NCBI GenBank assembly: GCA_010093815.1
Contig: ML996572.1
Reading direction: 5' to 3' (one strand)
Length of the DNA stretch: 20,000 nucleotides
From: Pseudovirgaria hyperparasitica
Lineage: Eukaryota
Positions within the stretch are counted from its first letter, which is position 1. Every line of letters begins with the position of its first letter. The notes under the pieces were generated by a model, which saw nothing but the letters and a program-made list of their open reading frames with translations, did no database searches and was not told the origin of the DNA. A program made the translations under genes and the position numbers. Shown here piece after piece: positions 1 to 10,167 of the stretch.

Positions 1-1574
1 CAATATCCTAGGCCAAAAGGGCTTTCATACGATTGAGCCAGCAGTGGTCAAGGCAGTGTTGGGGACGCAATTCGAAGATTTTGGGCTGGGAAGTGCGAGG
101 TGTGGGAGCTTTAAGGGGCTGTTGGGCGATGGAATCGTAAGTGTCTCTTTCTGCTAAGTCAACCGTACATCACTGTTGCATGGCAGCTCGTTTTCCCTCG
201 TGAGTCAGTGAAGAAGAGTAACCCGATTTAGAGCTTGCGATGTTAGGCTTAAATTTTTGTCTACCTTCTACAGCATCCGGACGGCATACCTTGTTCCTTT
301 TTGTACACTCGCGTTCCGATTCTTCTGTCACATGGTCGTCACCATTATCTGAATCTAACAAGCACTAGTTCTCCTCCGACGGCAAACAATGGCAACATTC
401 CCGTGCCCTCCTCCGCCCTCAATTCGCCCGTGCTCAAGTCGCCGACCTCGATCTTGAGGAGAAACACTTGCAACATCTCCTCCGTGCCATCCCGATAGAG
501 TCCACAGGATGGACCAACGCAATTGACATCGCTCCGCTCTTCTTCCGCCTCACCCTAGACTCCGCAAGCGAATTTCTCTTTGGCGAATCCACAGACTCGC
601 AACTCGCCGCCCTACCCTCCTACCCACGGCCCAAAACTGCCGCCCTCGCCGAGTCCGACTTCGCTTCCGCCTTTGACGAGGCCCAGCGCCTCCTCACCCT
701 CAGCTCCTACGCCGGTGACCTATACTGGCTCCTCCAAGGCCCCGCATTCCGCAAGGCATGTGCGCAATGCCACACCTTCATCGACCACTACGTGCACAAA
801 GCACTCACCGAAACACCTCCCGATGCCCCAGAACAGCAGCGTCCAGACGAGCGTTACATTTTCCTCCGCGCACTCGTACGCGATACGCGCGACCCGCTCG
901 AGCTACGGCACCAGCTGCTCTCCATCCTACTCGCCGGCCGCGACACCACGGGTGGGCTGCTATCATGGGTCTTCTACCTGCTAGTGCAGCACCCGGATGT
1001 GTTCCAGAAGCTGCGCGCAGAGGTCCTTGCACACTTCGGCACGTACGCCGCGCCGCGCAATATCACGTTCGCCGGCTTGAAGGGGTGCGGGTATCTGCAA
1101 CATGTGCTAGCTGAGACGCTCCGTCTGCACCCCTCAGTGCCGATGAATGGGCGTCGCTGTCTGCGCAGCACTACGATCCCGACGGGTGGGGGCCCGGATG
1201 GGAATGCGCCAGTGTATGTGCGTGAGGGTCAGGAGATTATTTATACGGTGTATGCGATGCATCGGCGAGTGGATCTGTGGGGTGCTGATGCGAATGAGTT
1301 CAGACCAGAACGCTGGGAGGGTCGGAAGAGTGGGTGGGAATACTTGCCGTTTAACGGTGGGCCGCGGATCTGTCTCGGTCAGCAGTTTGCACTGACGGAG
1401 GCAGGGTTTGTGGTTGTGAGGCTGCTACAGAGGTTCGAAGGATTGGAAGGTGTGGGTGTGCCGAAGGCCGGAGAGAGAGTGAAGCATGCGGTTACCTTGA
1501 CGAGTAGGCCAGGCGAGGATGTGACAGTACGATTTAAGGTCTCCAGTGAAAAGGAACGGGACCATGATGAATGA
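1..1574 (+). CDS. Cytochrome P450, CYP52 clan (alkane/fatty-acid hydroxylase-like); 5'-partial; exons <1-136 and 369-1574, intron 137-368
   Basis: Frame from nt 2 reads NILGQKGFHTIEPAVVKAVLGTQFEDFGLG..LLGDGI, then a GTAAGT donor (137). CTAAC branch (355-359) and TAG acceptor (366-368) join it to FSSDGKQWQHSRALLRPQF, in frame with ORF 468-1574. Motifs: I-helix AGRDTT, K-helix ETLR, PERW, heme FNGGPRICLG. Confidence 0.93.
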
Positions 1575-1878
1575 GTCCACAATATGAAGGATTTAGCATC
1601 ATGATAAGAGAGCAATGTGATCTTGAGATATCACCTAGCAATTGGATATAAGATTCCAGGCTATAATATGGACGTAACGCCCCGTGTATCCGTACTGTCA
1701 TGTGCATGAACTTAAACAAAACCAGCGCTAACATGGCCCAACTCCAACAGTTTATGAATATGAACCACGAGACTCCTCTGAACCAATGCCAACAAGGACT
1801 GTATCACAAAAGTGCATTTGATACCGGACACAAAAACGCCTCCGCCATGCTGGGTATATTCGACAGGGCCGATGCCGC

Positions 1879-4327
1879 CTATTTTCCTGCGTGAAAAGCA
1901 AACTTTGAGAGATCGAACGAGACTCCGGTAGACTTGCCGGTCAAATCTTCGTCTGGCTCAGACTCGCCGCCACTGTCAGGCACAAGCATGTCCTCGCTCC
2001 CCTTGAGGTTTTGTTTGCGGCCCACAGAGGTTGATACTTCGATGGACACAGGAGGAGATGGTGAGCGTAAACCATCACTTCCTGGGACAACAATGGTGTT
2101 CCCAGTCTCTTTCCATTCGGCATCGGAGATATCTGGATAGTCATCAATAGTTTCGGATGTAGCGCCCGGTAGTGTGTCAGATACAGAGGCTACATCTCCA
2201 GTCTTTAACGATGGCTCAGGCTGGCTCGAAAAGATCGGGGGTAAGGGTATCGGACGAGATGTGGAACGTTTGGATTTAACAGGGGCTGAATATGTTCGAG
2301 CAAATCTCCTCTCGGTCGCGTTCTTTACCATTTTCCTACTCAAAGTGGGCGAGTCAATGTCCCTTGCTGACTGAAGCGCAAACCTTGAGTGAAGATCTCC
2401 GAGGTTTTTGCGTATGGAGTCGTCGAACACTGAGGGTTCATACAGGTCGTCGGTCGGTGAACTTCCAACAGATGTAGCAGGTGTCAGACAGCCTGTACTA
2501 ATCTGCGACTCGACGGTCATATTTGTCATTGCAGTCATCTGAGATGTATCGCCGTCGAGACTGTCTCTTTGCGACAGCGCAGGAGTGGTAGGAACATCCG
2601 CTAGTACAGACATCTTCTTTCTAGGCTTCACAAAGTCATGTTCAAGGTCGGGAAGCTCAGCCATGGCATCTTCAACCGAGTCATCAGAGAACAGATTGAA
2701 GTCGAAGGATTTATTTTTCCCCTCACCGCTCACTGCACGCGTTGGCTTGCGTGTAGCAGTAAGGGTGGGTCCAAAGAAGTGGCTTTTTTCATCAGCGTCT
2801 TCAAGTGTGGGTTGCTCATTGGCTCTGCTGACAACAGGTCCGACACATAATCTTGGCCTTTTGGGTGCGTGGCGCCCTGCATTCATTGTGGTATCGGATG
2901 CTGACCTACGCGGGGCTGATGCGTTGCGAAGAGCAGGTCGGCGTGGCTGCATGGCCTGGGCAAGGCTCATCTGCGACGCAGCGTTAGCTGTGAAAGGTCC
3001 TGGGTTGTCTTCGAGCAGCCGCTGTTGACTAGGGTTTGGTCGGAAGACATTTGGATCCAGTTCAGCCAAGGGGACCCGCTTCTTGAAGAACTGATCGATA
3101 GGCTTCCCTTTCTTTGGATCATCATTCTCGGATGAATTCTCGCTGCCAGTCGTTGAGTTGAGTCTCTTCTTGATAGAGGCGACAAGACGTTCACCGGATT
3201 GCGAAGCTTTGGTCTTCTCCGGAACTATCATTGTCAGCTTGGTGTGGGGATTCAGTCTGCCCTGGGCGATCCCTCGTGCTGTCTTTGGTTCCAAGGAGGC
3301 CCCTATGTAGGGCATATCGCCAGCTTGTAGATTGTCCGGCAGCGGCGTCAAATGTACGAGTTCTTGAGCATCTGGGCAGTACACCCACTGGTACAAGAAA
3401 GTTCTCTCAGCTTGTTCGAATGAAGTCTCGTATCCGGCCGGAAACTTGATCTTACCATCGAACCTGGCGGCGGAAACTAGACGCTCAATCGTTTTATACT
3501 TCCGCACATGCCTGTATGCCGTCTTAAGGCCCATGCTGGCAGGGTTTTTCAGGTAATCACAGCCACTCAGAATAGCCATACGTCTGAACTCTGCATCAGA
3601 CCATCCAACAAGACTGACTTCTCGACAGGCGGTGAAGTCTTGTCTCCTGACCATGATACATTCTCCGTAAGCGTCCAGCTTGGTGAGAAGTGTCTTGGCA
3701 CCAAAAACTAGGAGATCGGAATCCTCAGAAAGAATTGCCTGGATAATACCCTTCTGCTCGAGGTATACCATCTGAGCGTCGGCCTCGTATGGAGCAACAA
3801 CATATTGCACATTTGCACGCTTCAATTCCTCGATAAAACAAAGTGCCACCTCGGGAGTAATATCGACAGCTTTCGCAAGCTCCTGGTGAGCTAATGATGA
3901 TTTACCCGCTTTGAGAAGATCTGTACCGATTCTTCTAGCTTCTGCCCTTGCGCTTGCTCGATCTTTCTCGGTCTCCGCTTTGCTCGGTAAATAGTCGCCG
4001 TCGAACACTAGATAGGGCGTAATGCCAAAGTGTATGAGCATGTGTACCCTCTTCATACAGAACTCGATGTGCCTAGTGCACGTTAGCGCACACTCAGTAG
4101 CAGATACAGATCTTGCGTACTGCATAGTGAATTGGCCGAGAGCAAGCTTGACGCCGCAGGTATGAGCCCCACGATGAAGCCATCCGTACGCGTCAATGCC
4201 AACAACATGGCCAGCAAACTTCCTTATGTGGCATGGTTTCTGGATTGACTTGAGCAGAGGGAGCAAGCCTGCCAGTTCTTAGCTGAAATCTAGACATGCA
4301 AATCCTACACGAACCGGTAATCCCCAT
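1879..4327 (-). CDS. EXO1: Exonuclease 1 (XPG/Rad2 family 5'-3' exonuclease), ~784 aa; exons 4327-4315, 4268-4121, 4072-1879
   Basis: Spliced N-terminus MGITGLLPLLKSIQKPCHIRKFAGHVVGIDAYGWLHRGA; XPG motifs LVFDG, VAPYEADAQM, SEDSDLLVFG, ILSGCDYL; long low-complexity C-terminal tail. Introns 4269-4314 (GTTCGT..CAG) and 4073-4120 (GTACGC..GCTAAC..TAG). Confidence 0.95.
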
Positions 4328-4455
4328 GTTTATGCCTCGCGGAAGCCTCGAATGTGATGACGGGAGGGGCCGCAATTCAAGACGACATGGCGAAAAGGAA
4401 CCAACAAATTCGAATAAAGTATCGAGCAGAAAAACAAGTCGTTAGTCCCGTAAAC

Positions 4456-4592
4456 TCGCGTACGAGCGTGCAGTTGCGTATCGAGAGAACTCGAGCTCCG
4501 TCGGGGCAGTTGGATGCGGTGAGGCGAACGCGCCGGGATGGGAAGAACACCCAAAGGACGCGACGTGCTACGCCGTAAAAGGTATGTCGCGT
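4456..4592. promoter_or_regulatory. Cluster of four MCB-like ACGCG cores upstream of EXO1
   Basis: TCGCGT 4456-4461, ACGCGC 4528-4533, ACGCGA 4558-4563 and TCGCGT 4587-4592, ~130-265 bp upstream of the EXO1 ATG. MCB/MBF control of DNA replication/repair genes is established in ascomycete yeasts; function here is inferred. Confidence 0.55.
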
Positions 4593-4899
4593 GTATAAGG
4601 AGCAGCTGAGCAACCTACAAAACTATCTCCTCGATACTCTATAAGAAAATGTAGCAGCAGGTCTGACTAACAACCTAATTTGCTGAGAATTAGATATCTT
4701 AGCACAACCGAAGACTTCAAGTACATCCGATAGATCAACCCTGAGTAGACTGCGCACTGCTTGAACCGCGATGTCTCAGGTGGCTGTTCCTTAAGCGGGA
4801 GACCGGCGCTAACGGCGTGTTATCGATAAGCATTTTGTGTAGGTCTTGCCCAACTCCATCTGATTTTATTTTGACGTAGAACTACGACAGCAGAATACG

Positions 4900-5486
4900 A
4901 TGCCGACCAAAACCTTCACCAAAGTGCAAAAGCACATTGCCAAGAAGAAGGGGAAGAACGCAGCTCTCCATGAGCATAGCCGGGACTCGCACAGACTGCA
5001 AAGAGCGGCGATGCGGGATGACAAAGTTCAGAGAATCACGTCTGCGAGAGCGAAGCAGAATCAGCCTTTATGTGAGCAAGGACAGCCTGAATTCTTAACA
5101 CTAAGCTGATGATGTCCCAAGTGCAGAGAATCGCCTGGTTTCATGGCATCGCGACCGAACGTGATCCACCATTGGACATATCCACAATCCAAGGCCTAAT
5201 ACGAGAATGCATACATCGCGACGACGAGGAGCTAGGAAAGTTGAAGTCTGAACGTAGAGCAGGACGTCCACCAAGTACGCGTGAGGTTATGCTAAAGCAG
5301 AGGGTGGACGAAGAGACGAAAGAGCATAAGTCAGGTTTCTATCTGCCAGATCTAGAGGACGAGAAGAACATCGATGCGCTCAAGGAGTGGAATGGCGACT
5401 ATGTGGCATTGAATACCGTAAATTTCGTGAGGATTTCTGATGATGGAACGAAACACCAATCGAAGTTTCCCCCGAGGCAGAAATAG
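4900..5486 (+). CDS. TMA16: Translation machinery-associated protein 16 (pre-60S factor), ~178 aa; exons 4900-5071 and 5122-5486
   Basis: Basic N-terminus MPTKTFTKVQKHIAKKKG..LHEHSRDSHRLQRA..RDDK and C-terminal RRAGRPPSTRE..GFYLPDL..LKEWNG match my recollection of the Tma16 family. Intron 5072-5121 (GTGAGC..CTGAT..AAG) joins the two ORF-track fragments in frame. Confidence 0.85.
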
Positions 5487-6380
5487 CCAATGAAGCACAT
5501 GAAAAAATAGAAAGTTGTGGTGTGTATGTGGATTGTGATACCCCAGGCAGCGAGATGCAGTTACGTGTGGGTCAGATATTCACATGGGCGGAGATGATGT
5601 AGATGCAGACCTTTGCCGTACACTGCATCGCCAAGAAGCTCTATAGCTGCACCAGGCCACTGGCTTGCCAAGGTCGACGGGAACCCGGCAGAAGTGGTGA
5701 TAAAGAAGTAGAAGGGGGATACCTTTGATACGCACATACTGGTATTTATGTCATTCTGCTGTGGCTTCTGCTCCCAAATTTGAATATCCTGCAAGTTCCC
5801 GCGCCCGGCAAGTCGTCAAATCGAACATGCGCTGAAACTTCGCTTCATTGAAGCTGAGCCTCAATCCAATGACTCTATTGGCTCAAGCGGATTTTACCAG
5901 CTTGACCGAGCATCGCACTCCGTCTCTCTTGACCTAGTCGAAGTTGACAATTTGATGCGCCTCGTAAACTTTGGTACACCATGACAAAGAGATGGTGCTG
6001 GGTGACTATCGACGGTCGGGCTTATGTTGCGATTGGAGAAAGCATCAACTTGAACATCTGGCATTCACACTAGTATTAGCTTAGATGTCATCGAAGGGCC
6101 TTCCTTGTCCACATCTTACGCTGAATGTACCAGGCGTAAATAAGCTTTTGATGTAAACAATGCCCCCGAGATGTTACTATGTAACAAGGGGTTTCCCTCG
6201 ATGCCGAACTCGATATGATGTAATGGATTCACATCAGGCTATGGCTTATCAAAGATCGATGAGCCAGATTGTAGGATAGCTTGAGCTAGCCACTTTGCGG
6301 TCTGCCCACATGATGCCGGCAGCATAGCAGGTTCAGACGTTGGCGACTTAGGGTCATTCGTTGTTGACAATTTTCATACC

Positions 6381-6480
6381 AGCAATTGCATGATGACTGT
6401 CTCTTAACGAGGATTTTTGGCGCCCGATAATTCGAGACAGTGCAGAAATGAGGACGTGTATACGGAATCCTGACGTTGTT
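6381..6480 (+). ncRNA. Weak candidate box C/D snoRNA
   Basis: Box C ATGATGA 6390-6396, C'-like ATGAGGA 6448-6454, box D CTGA 6470-6473, G-U-rich terminal stem AGCAAT/GTTGTT. No rRNA/snRNA target recognised. Confidence 0.2.
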
Positions 6481-6670
6481 GAGCTCGCCGGTAGCTTCCA
6501 TCAGATGCGGAGATGCAGGGCGCAGTAGGCTTATACGTTCCTAGGGCAGACATACCACTAAGCGATCAATGTGCGACGTAGATCAAATCATTACCGGCTT
6601 TAATGGATTTGTTCGCCAATACGGATGGATAGAGAGTAGGCGATAGACGTCATCTGTTTCACATCCTTAT

Positions 6671-7470
6671 TCAACCGAATTGTGAGCAAGCCGCGTCATG
6701 ATGCCTCTTGCATTCTAACCTGCAAACTCTTTCCCCACATTTCAAACATCGTATACGGCCCCAGTAGCCACACATTACACAGAAACGTCTGATCGGTGGC
6801 CCATGTGCTGAAGGCGGCGCAACACGGGCTGCGTTATATGATAAAGGTGGTGCGGAGATTAGAGCCTCAAGCTCTTCGGGCGTGGGTGCAGGCGGTACGG
6901 TAGACTCGAGCAATGGATACTTTAGCAATGGATCTGGTGACTCTTTTGATATGCCAGTCATTGGCGCGGGTGTTTGATTTTGGGAGGCAGTCGCTGGTGT
7001 ACGTGGAGCTGTAGAGACGCGTCTAGAGCCGTCTAGAGCCCTTGCTACAGCCTTAGAAGGATTGCTGCGTATTTCAGCCTCTTCATCAGCGAGATAGTTG
7101 TCGAATCGTTTGCCAGATTGCAATATTCGGCGCACGTTTGCAGTATTTCCGCCTTTGAATGCTATTTGGGGAATTAGTGAATGTGGCGCATACATCCCGT
7201 TGTCTCTGACATACCGCCCTCTTTCTTCTTAGAAGGTATGTTGACCTCTTTGGTGCTTGTATCGCTGTCCAGTAGGTTCAATCGCTTGGTCAGACGCATC
7301 TGCACTGCTGCTGCGGTGGCTTCACTGCTGTCCCGGCCAGCTGCGACTCGACGCCTCTTGCCGGCAGGATTAATGGCGACTTTGGACGGATCGAAGCCTG
7401 TATCTACGATATAGGCCCAGCCCGGACCAGGAGCTGAGCCAGTGTTCGGAAGCACTTCGATACGAGGCAT
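6671..7470 (-). CDS. VPS71: HIT-type zinc finger protein, SWR1 complex subunit Vps71/Swc6 (ZNHIT1-like), ~248 aa; exons 7470-7215 and 7161-6671
   Basis: MPRIEVLP..PGWAYIVDTG start, NVRRILQSGKRFDNYLADEE block, C-terminal RRFCVMCGYWGRIRCLKCGERVCRLECKRHH zf-HIT. Intron 7162-7214 (GTATGT..CTAAT..TAG) joins ORFs 7174-7533 and 6671-7195 in frame. Confidence 0.82.
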
Positions 7471-8753
7471 TGTTAGTCGTAGTAGAAAGCATGGTAAGTG
7501 AAGATTGAGGTCTGGAACATGGTGGTCGAACACTCCATATCATATCCATTAGATAATACGGAGCTTTGATGTTACCGGGATACCTCACGTCCCCTCGGTC
7601 ATTACCTACTACAAAACTATCACCCAATGATCGACCGCTATCTGTGTACATGGAGTAGAAGGTGAACCATTGAATACAGCTCCTCACATACGGTTCCCGT
7701 CAATGGCTGTGATATAGTACCCAATGGAGCATACCTGGAACCTAAAGCAGATAAGAACCCTACCGACTACCGGGCCGCTGTCAACGTGAATTCGATCGAG
7801 CCAGAGGAAAGCGCGATTGGCATCCTTACACAGAGCGACACGCCAATATGAGTTTTGCAACGGTCAAATGTTGGCGTAAAGTTTCGTCGCAAAGGTTTCC
7901 TGCCAAGAAGAGTTTGAGTGGGTGGTACAGCATAAGGCATAGTAGTTGTATTGTTGATGCAATGGCCTGCATGATGAAGATCTAGTCTCTGTCCAAGGGA
8001 TGAGAAATGCGACGCGACAATCTAAATGCAGTAAATGGTATAACGTACGATTACAGCATATGTATGTCGAGCCTCGTTTCATTCTCTCTAGGGGTCCGGC
8101 AGAGGAAGTCTTACATATTATGATCACCACGGTAGTCGACACCAAGAATGGGTACCATATCTGTACTTTGACCGCACTTGGTGGTGAGGATTCTCTCAGG
8201 CGCACTTGAAATTGGTGCTTTGTTCGATATGACCAAGGTCAGCCGAAGGGGGATAAACGGCAGGTATTGCTATAGTTTGAAGGCAGCCGTGTGTGATGAA
8301 CTGCTGCTGGAATACCAGACCAAATTTGAGGGAGGGAAACAAAGAGGGTTTCCAAGGTATGGCGGGTAGGGTTCTTTCAAGTCCTTCACATCATTCTTGT
8401 CGTGTGTTGCTTTTCGAGAACTACAAGCGTAACAATTACGCCTTTCCGCAATACTGTTCGATTATTCGTTGTCATTGGTCAATATTCTATTGAGATTCTT
8501 GTTAGGAAGAGATTAAATCCTAGTAGTAGGTTCATAAAGGTAGTGAAGTTCTGCAAGAATTCAAGTCCACCAATGCGGCCGTCTTCTTACGATGTTTCGC
8601 ATTTCTGCTTCTACTACACGATAAGTTTTTACTCTGAAAGCATCGAGGCCTAGTCGATGATGGTCAGTACGTTCAAAAGATCAAAGATATTCATGTCAGG
8701 GCAAGAGGAGGAGGAGCAAAAGGGCAATATCTCGAAATGGCCGCTCGAAATCC

Positions 8754-8884
8754 AAAACAAAAGCTCATGCCCGGGATCGAACCGCAGATCATGCGCCTCT
8801 GCGCCCCTGCAGATACTTAGCTCCTTCATCTGGTGCTTTTCTTCAGTGGTGGGTCATGTCGTTAACCAACTAGACTAATTCTCC
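8754..8884 (-). ncRNA. tRNA-like RNA polymerase III unit (non-canonical ncRNA or tRNA pseudogene with ~50-nt insert)
   Basis: Minus strand: A box/D-arm TAGTCTAGTTGGTTAACGAC (A box 8877-8866), B box GGTTCGATCC (8783-8774), terminator TTTTGTTTT (8762-8754), upstream TTTATAA (8925-8919). Acceptor, anticodon and T stems do not pair properly. Confidence 0.6.
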
Positions 8885-9157
8885 CACTGGGGACTGGAAT
8901 CTTGGAAGGATGATTCAATTATAAATGGGTGGTTGGATATCGAACTCTTCACTTTATTGTTTGCCAAGCACTAGGGCTCGCCCGGTAGCCCGCAAGGCCC
9001 GCCGAGGTTCCATCGCGGTCTACACCTGACTCTCGTCTGTTTGCTTCCCAGTTCTAACTGGCGAGCGATCTAGTTCTCCGTTTCGTTGCATCACAGTGTT
9101 TGTCTTTCGTCTCGTGCCCAATACAATTGCTCTCCGCATAACGAAATTTCATGTACA

Positions 9158-9996
9158 ATGGCGCCTCGAAAGGAACCGAAAGAGCCAAGAGAGAACGCCG
9201 CTGACATGATTCTCACGTACCTCCGCAAGCAGAAGTACACTCACCTCACACCAATTCATGCCTTTACTGACACTCTACCTCACTTCGCAGTCGTCCCTAC
9301 TCTGCAACCGATATCTCCGCCAATTTACACAATAAGGTGACTAAAGCTGCGACTGCAAAGCTTCTGAAAGACCTACACGAGCGCAAGGAGATCGAAGGTC
9401 GCGCCGCCGGCAAGCAGATTGTGTACCACTCAGTCCAGGTTAGCTGCAACATCATTTTAGCATATCACGGCACGTAGCCATCATTCGTTTGCGTTCGCCT
9501 TCATCCCAGGAACGGGTTTTTACTGACACGCAGCTCTGTATTTACCGGGCTCTTCGCGAAAGCCGACCATTTCTCTGCTAACAACCACTAGTCCGCAGAC
9601 GACGGTGCTTCACCAGAGGATCTTGCGGCCATTGATGCCCAGATCAACACCTACCGTTTCCAAACATCAGATCTGCAAGCCTCCATCAAAGTCCTGAAAG
9701 GCAGACTCTACACACTATCATCGACGATGTCCACCGTGGACCTCGTAGCGACCATGGCGAGTCTTGACGCCGAGAGAGCTGAGATATTGGCGCGACTTAG
9801 CCCGCTTCGTGCTGGGAGTGTTAAGCCAGTTGACACAGCGGAGATGAAGCATGTAGATGCTGAGTTGAACAAGTGGACCGGCATTGAGGTGAGACGACGA
9901 AAGATTGAGGCCGAAATGTGGGCGCTAATGAGAGATCTGTTGCCGGAGGGTACGGATCATGCAGAGCTGAGAGAGAAGCTGGGGCTGGACGAGTGA
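9158..9996 (+). CDS. HOP2: Homologous-pairing protein Hop2 (TBPIP/Meu13), ~209 aa; exons 9158-9234, 9291-9438, 9592-9996
   Basis: Spliced winged-helix ILTYLRKQNRPYSATDISANLHNKVTKAATAKLLKDLHERKEIEGRAAGKQIVYH, then coiled coil and C-terminal RRRKIEAEMW..LREKLGLDE. Introns 9235-9290 (GTACAC..CTGAC..CAG) and 9439-9591 (GTTAGC..GCTAAC..TAG). Confidence 0.9.
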
Positions 9997-10167
9997 GGAC
10001 ACTGTCTGGACATGTCTCTATCCTTCTAACTTTGACTCATGTTGCTACGGAGATCTATTCTGGGTGAACAGGTCAGAGTGTAAGTATTTTAGATCTGTGT
10101 GAGTAATGGTATCCATGGTCATCACAAAGAGCTTCGGATGAAAGCACATCCCTAAGCTAGTGTCTCA

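Noticed and set aside
580..3711. Many overlapping or antisense ORFs within the P450 and EXO1 genes (likewise within MFS and URA4)
   Set aside because: Alternative-frame shadows of real CDSs.
5500..6660. ORFs 5561-5794 (-) and 6286-6501 (-)
   Set aside because: Short, no motifs; composition not convincingly coding.
7480..8750. Short ORFs on both strands between VPS71 and the Pol III unit, including a protein-like minus frame (..ILTTKCGQSTDMVPILGVDYRGDHNM*..)
   Set aside because: Interrupted by stops, no recognisable domain and no coherent splice model. A decayed gene cannot be excluded without tBLASTx.
8763..8884. Functional tRNA-Trp(CCA) or hammerhead ribozyme (CTGAAGA core) in the Pol III unit
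   Set aside because: No U33 and unpaired acceptor/anticodon stems; the hammerhead lacks stem II with a downstream GAAA and a cleavage triplet.
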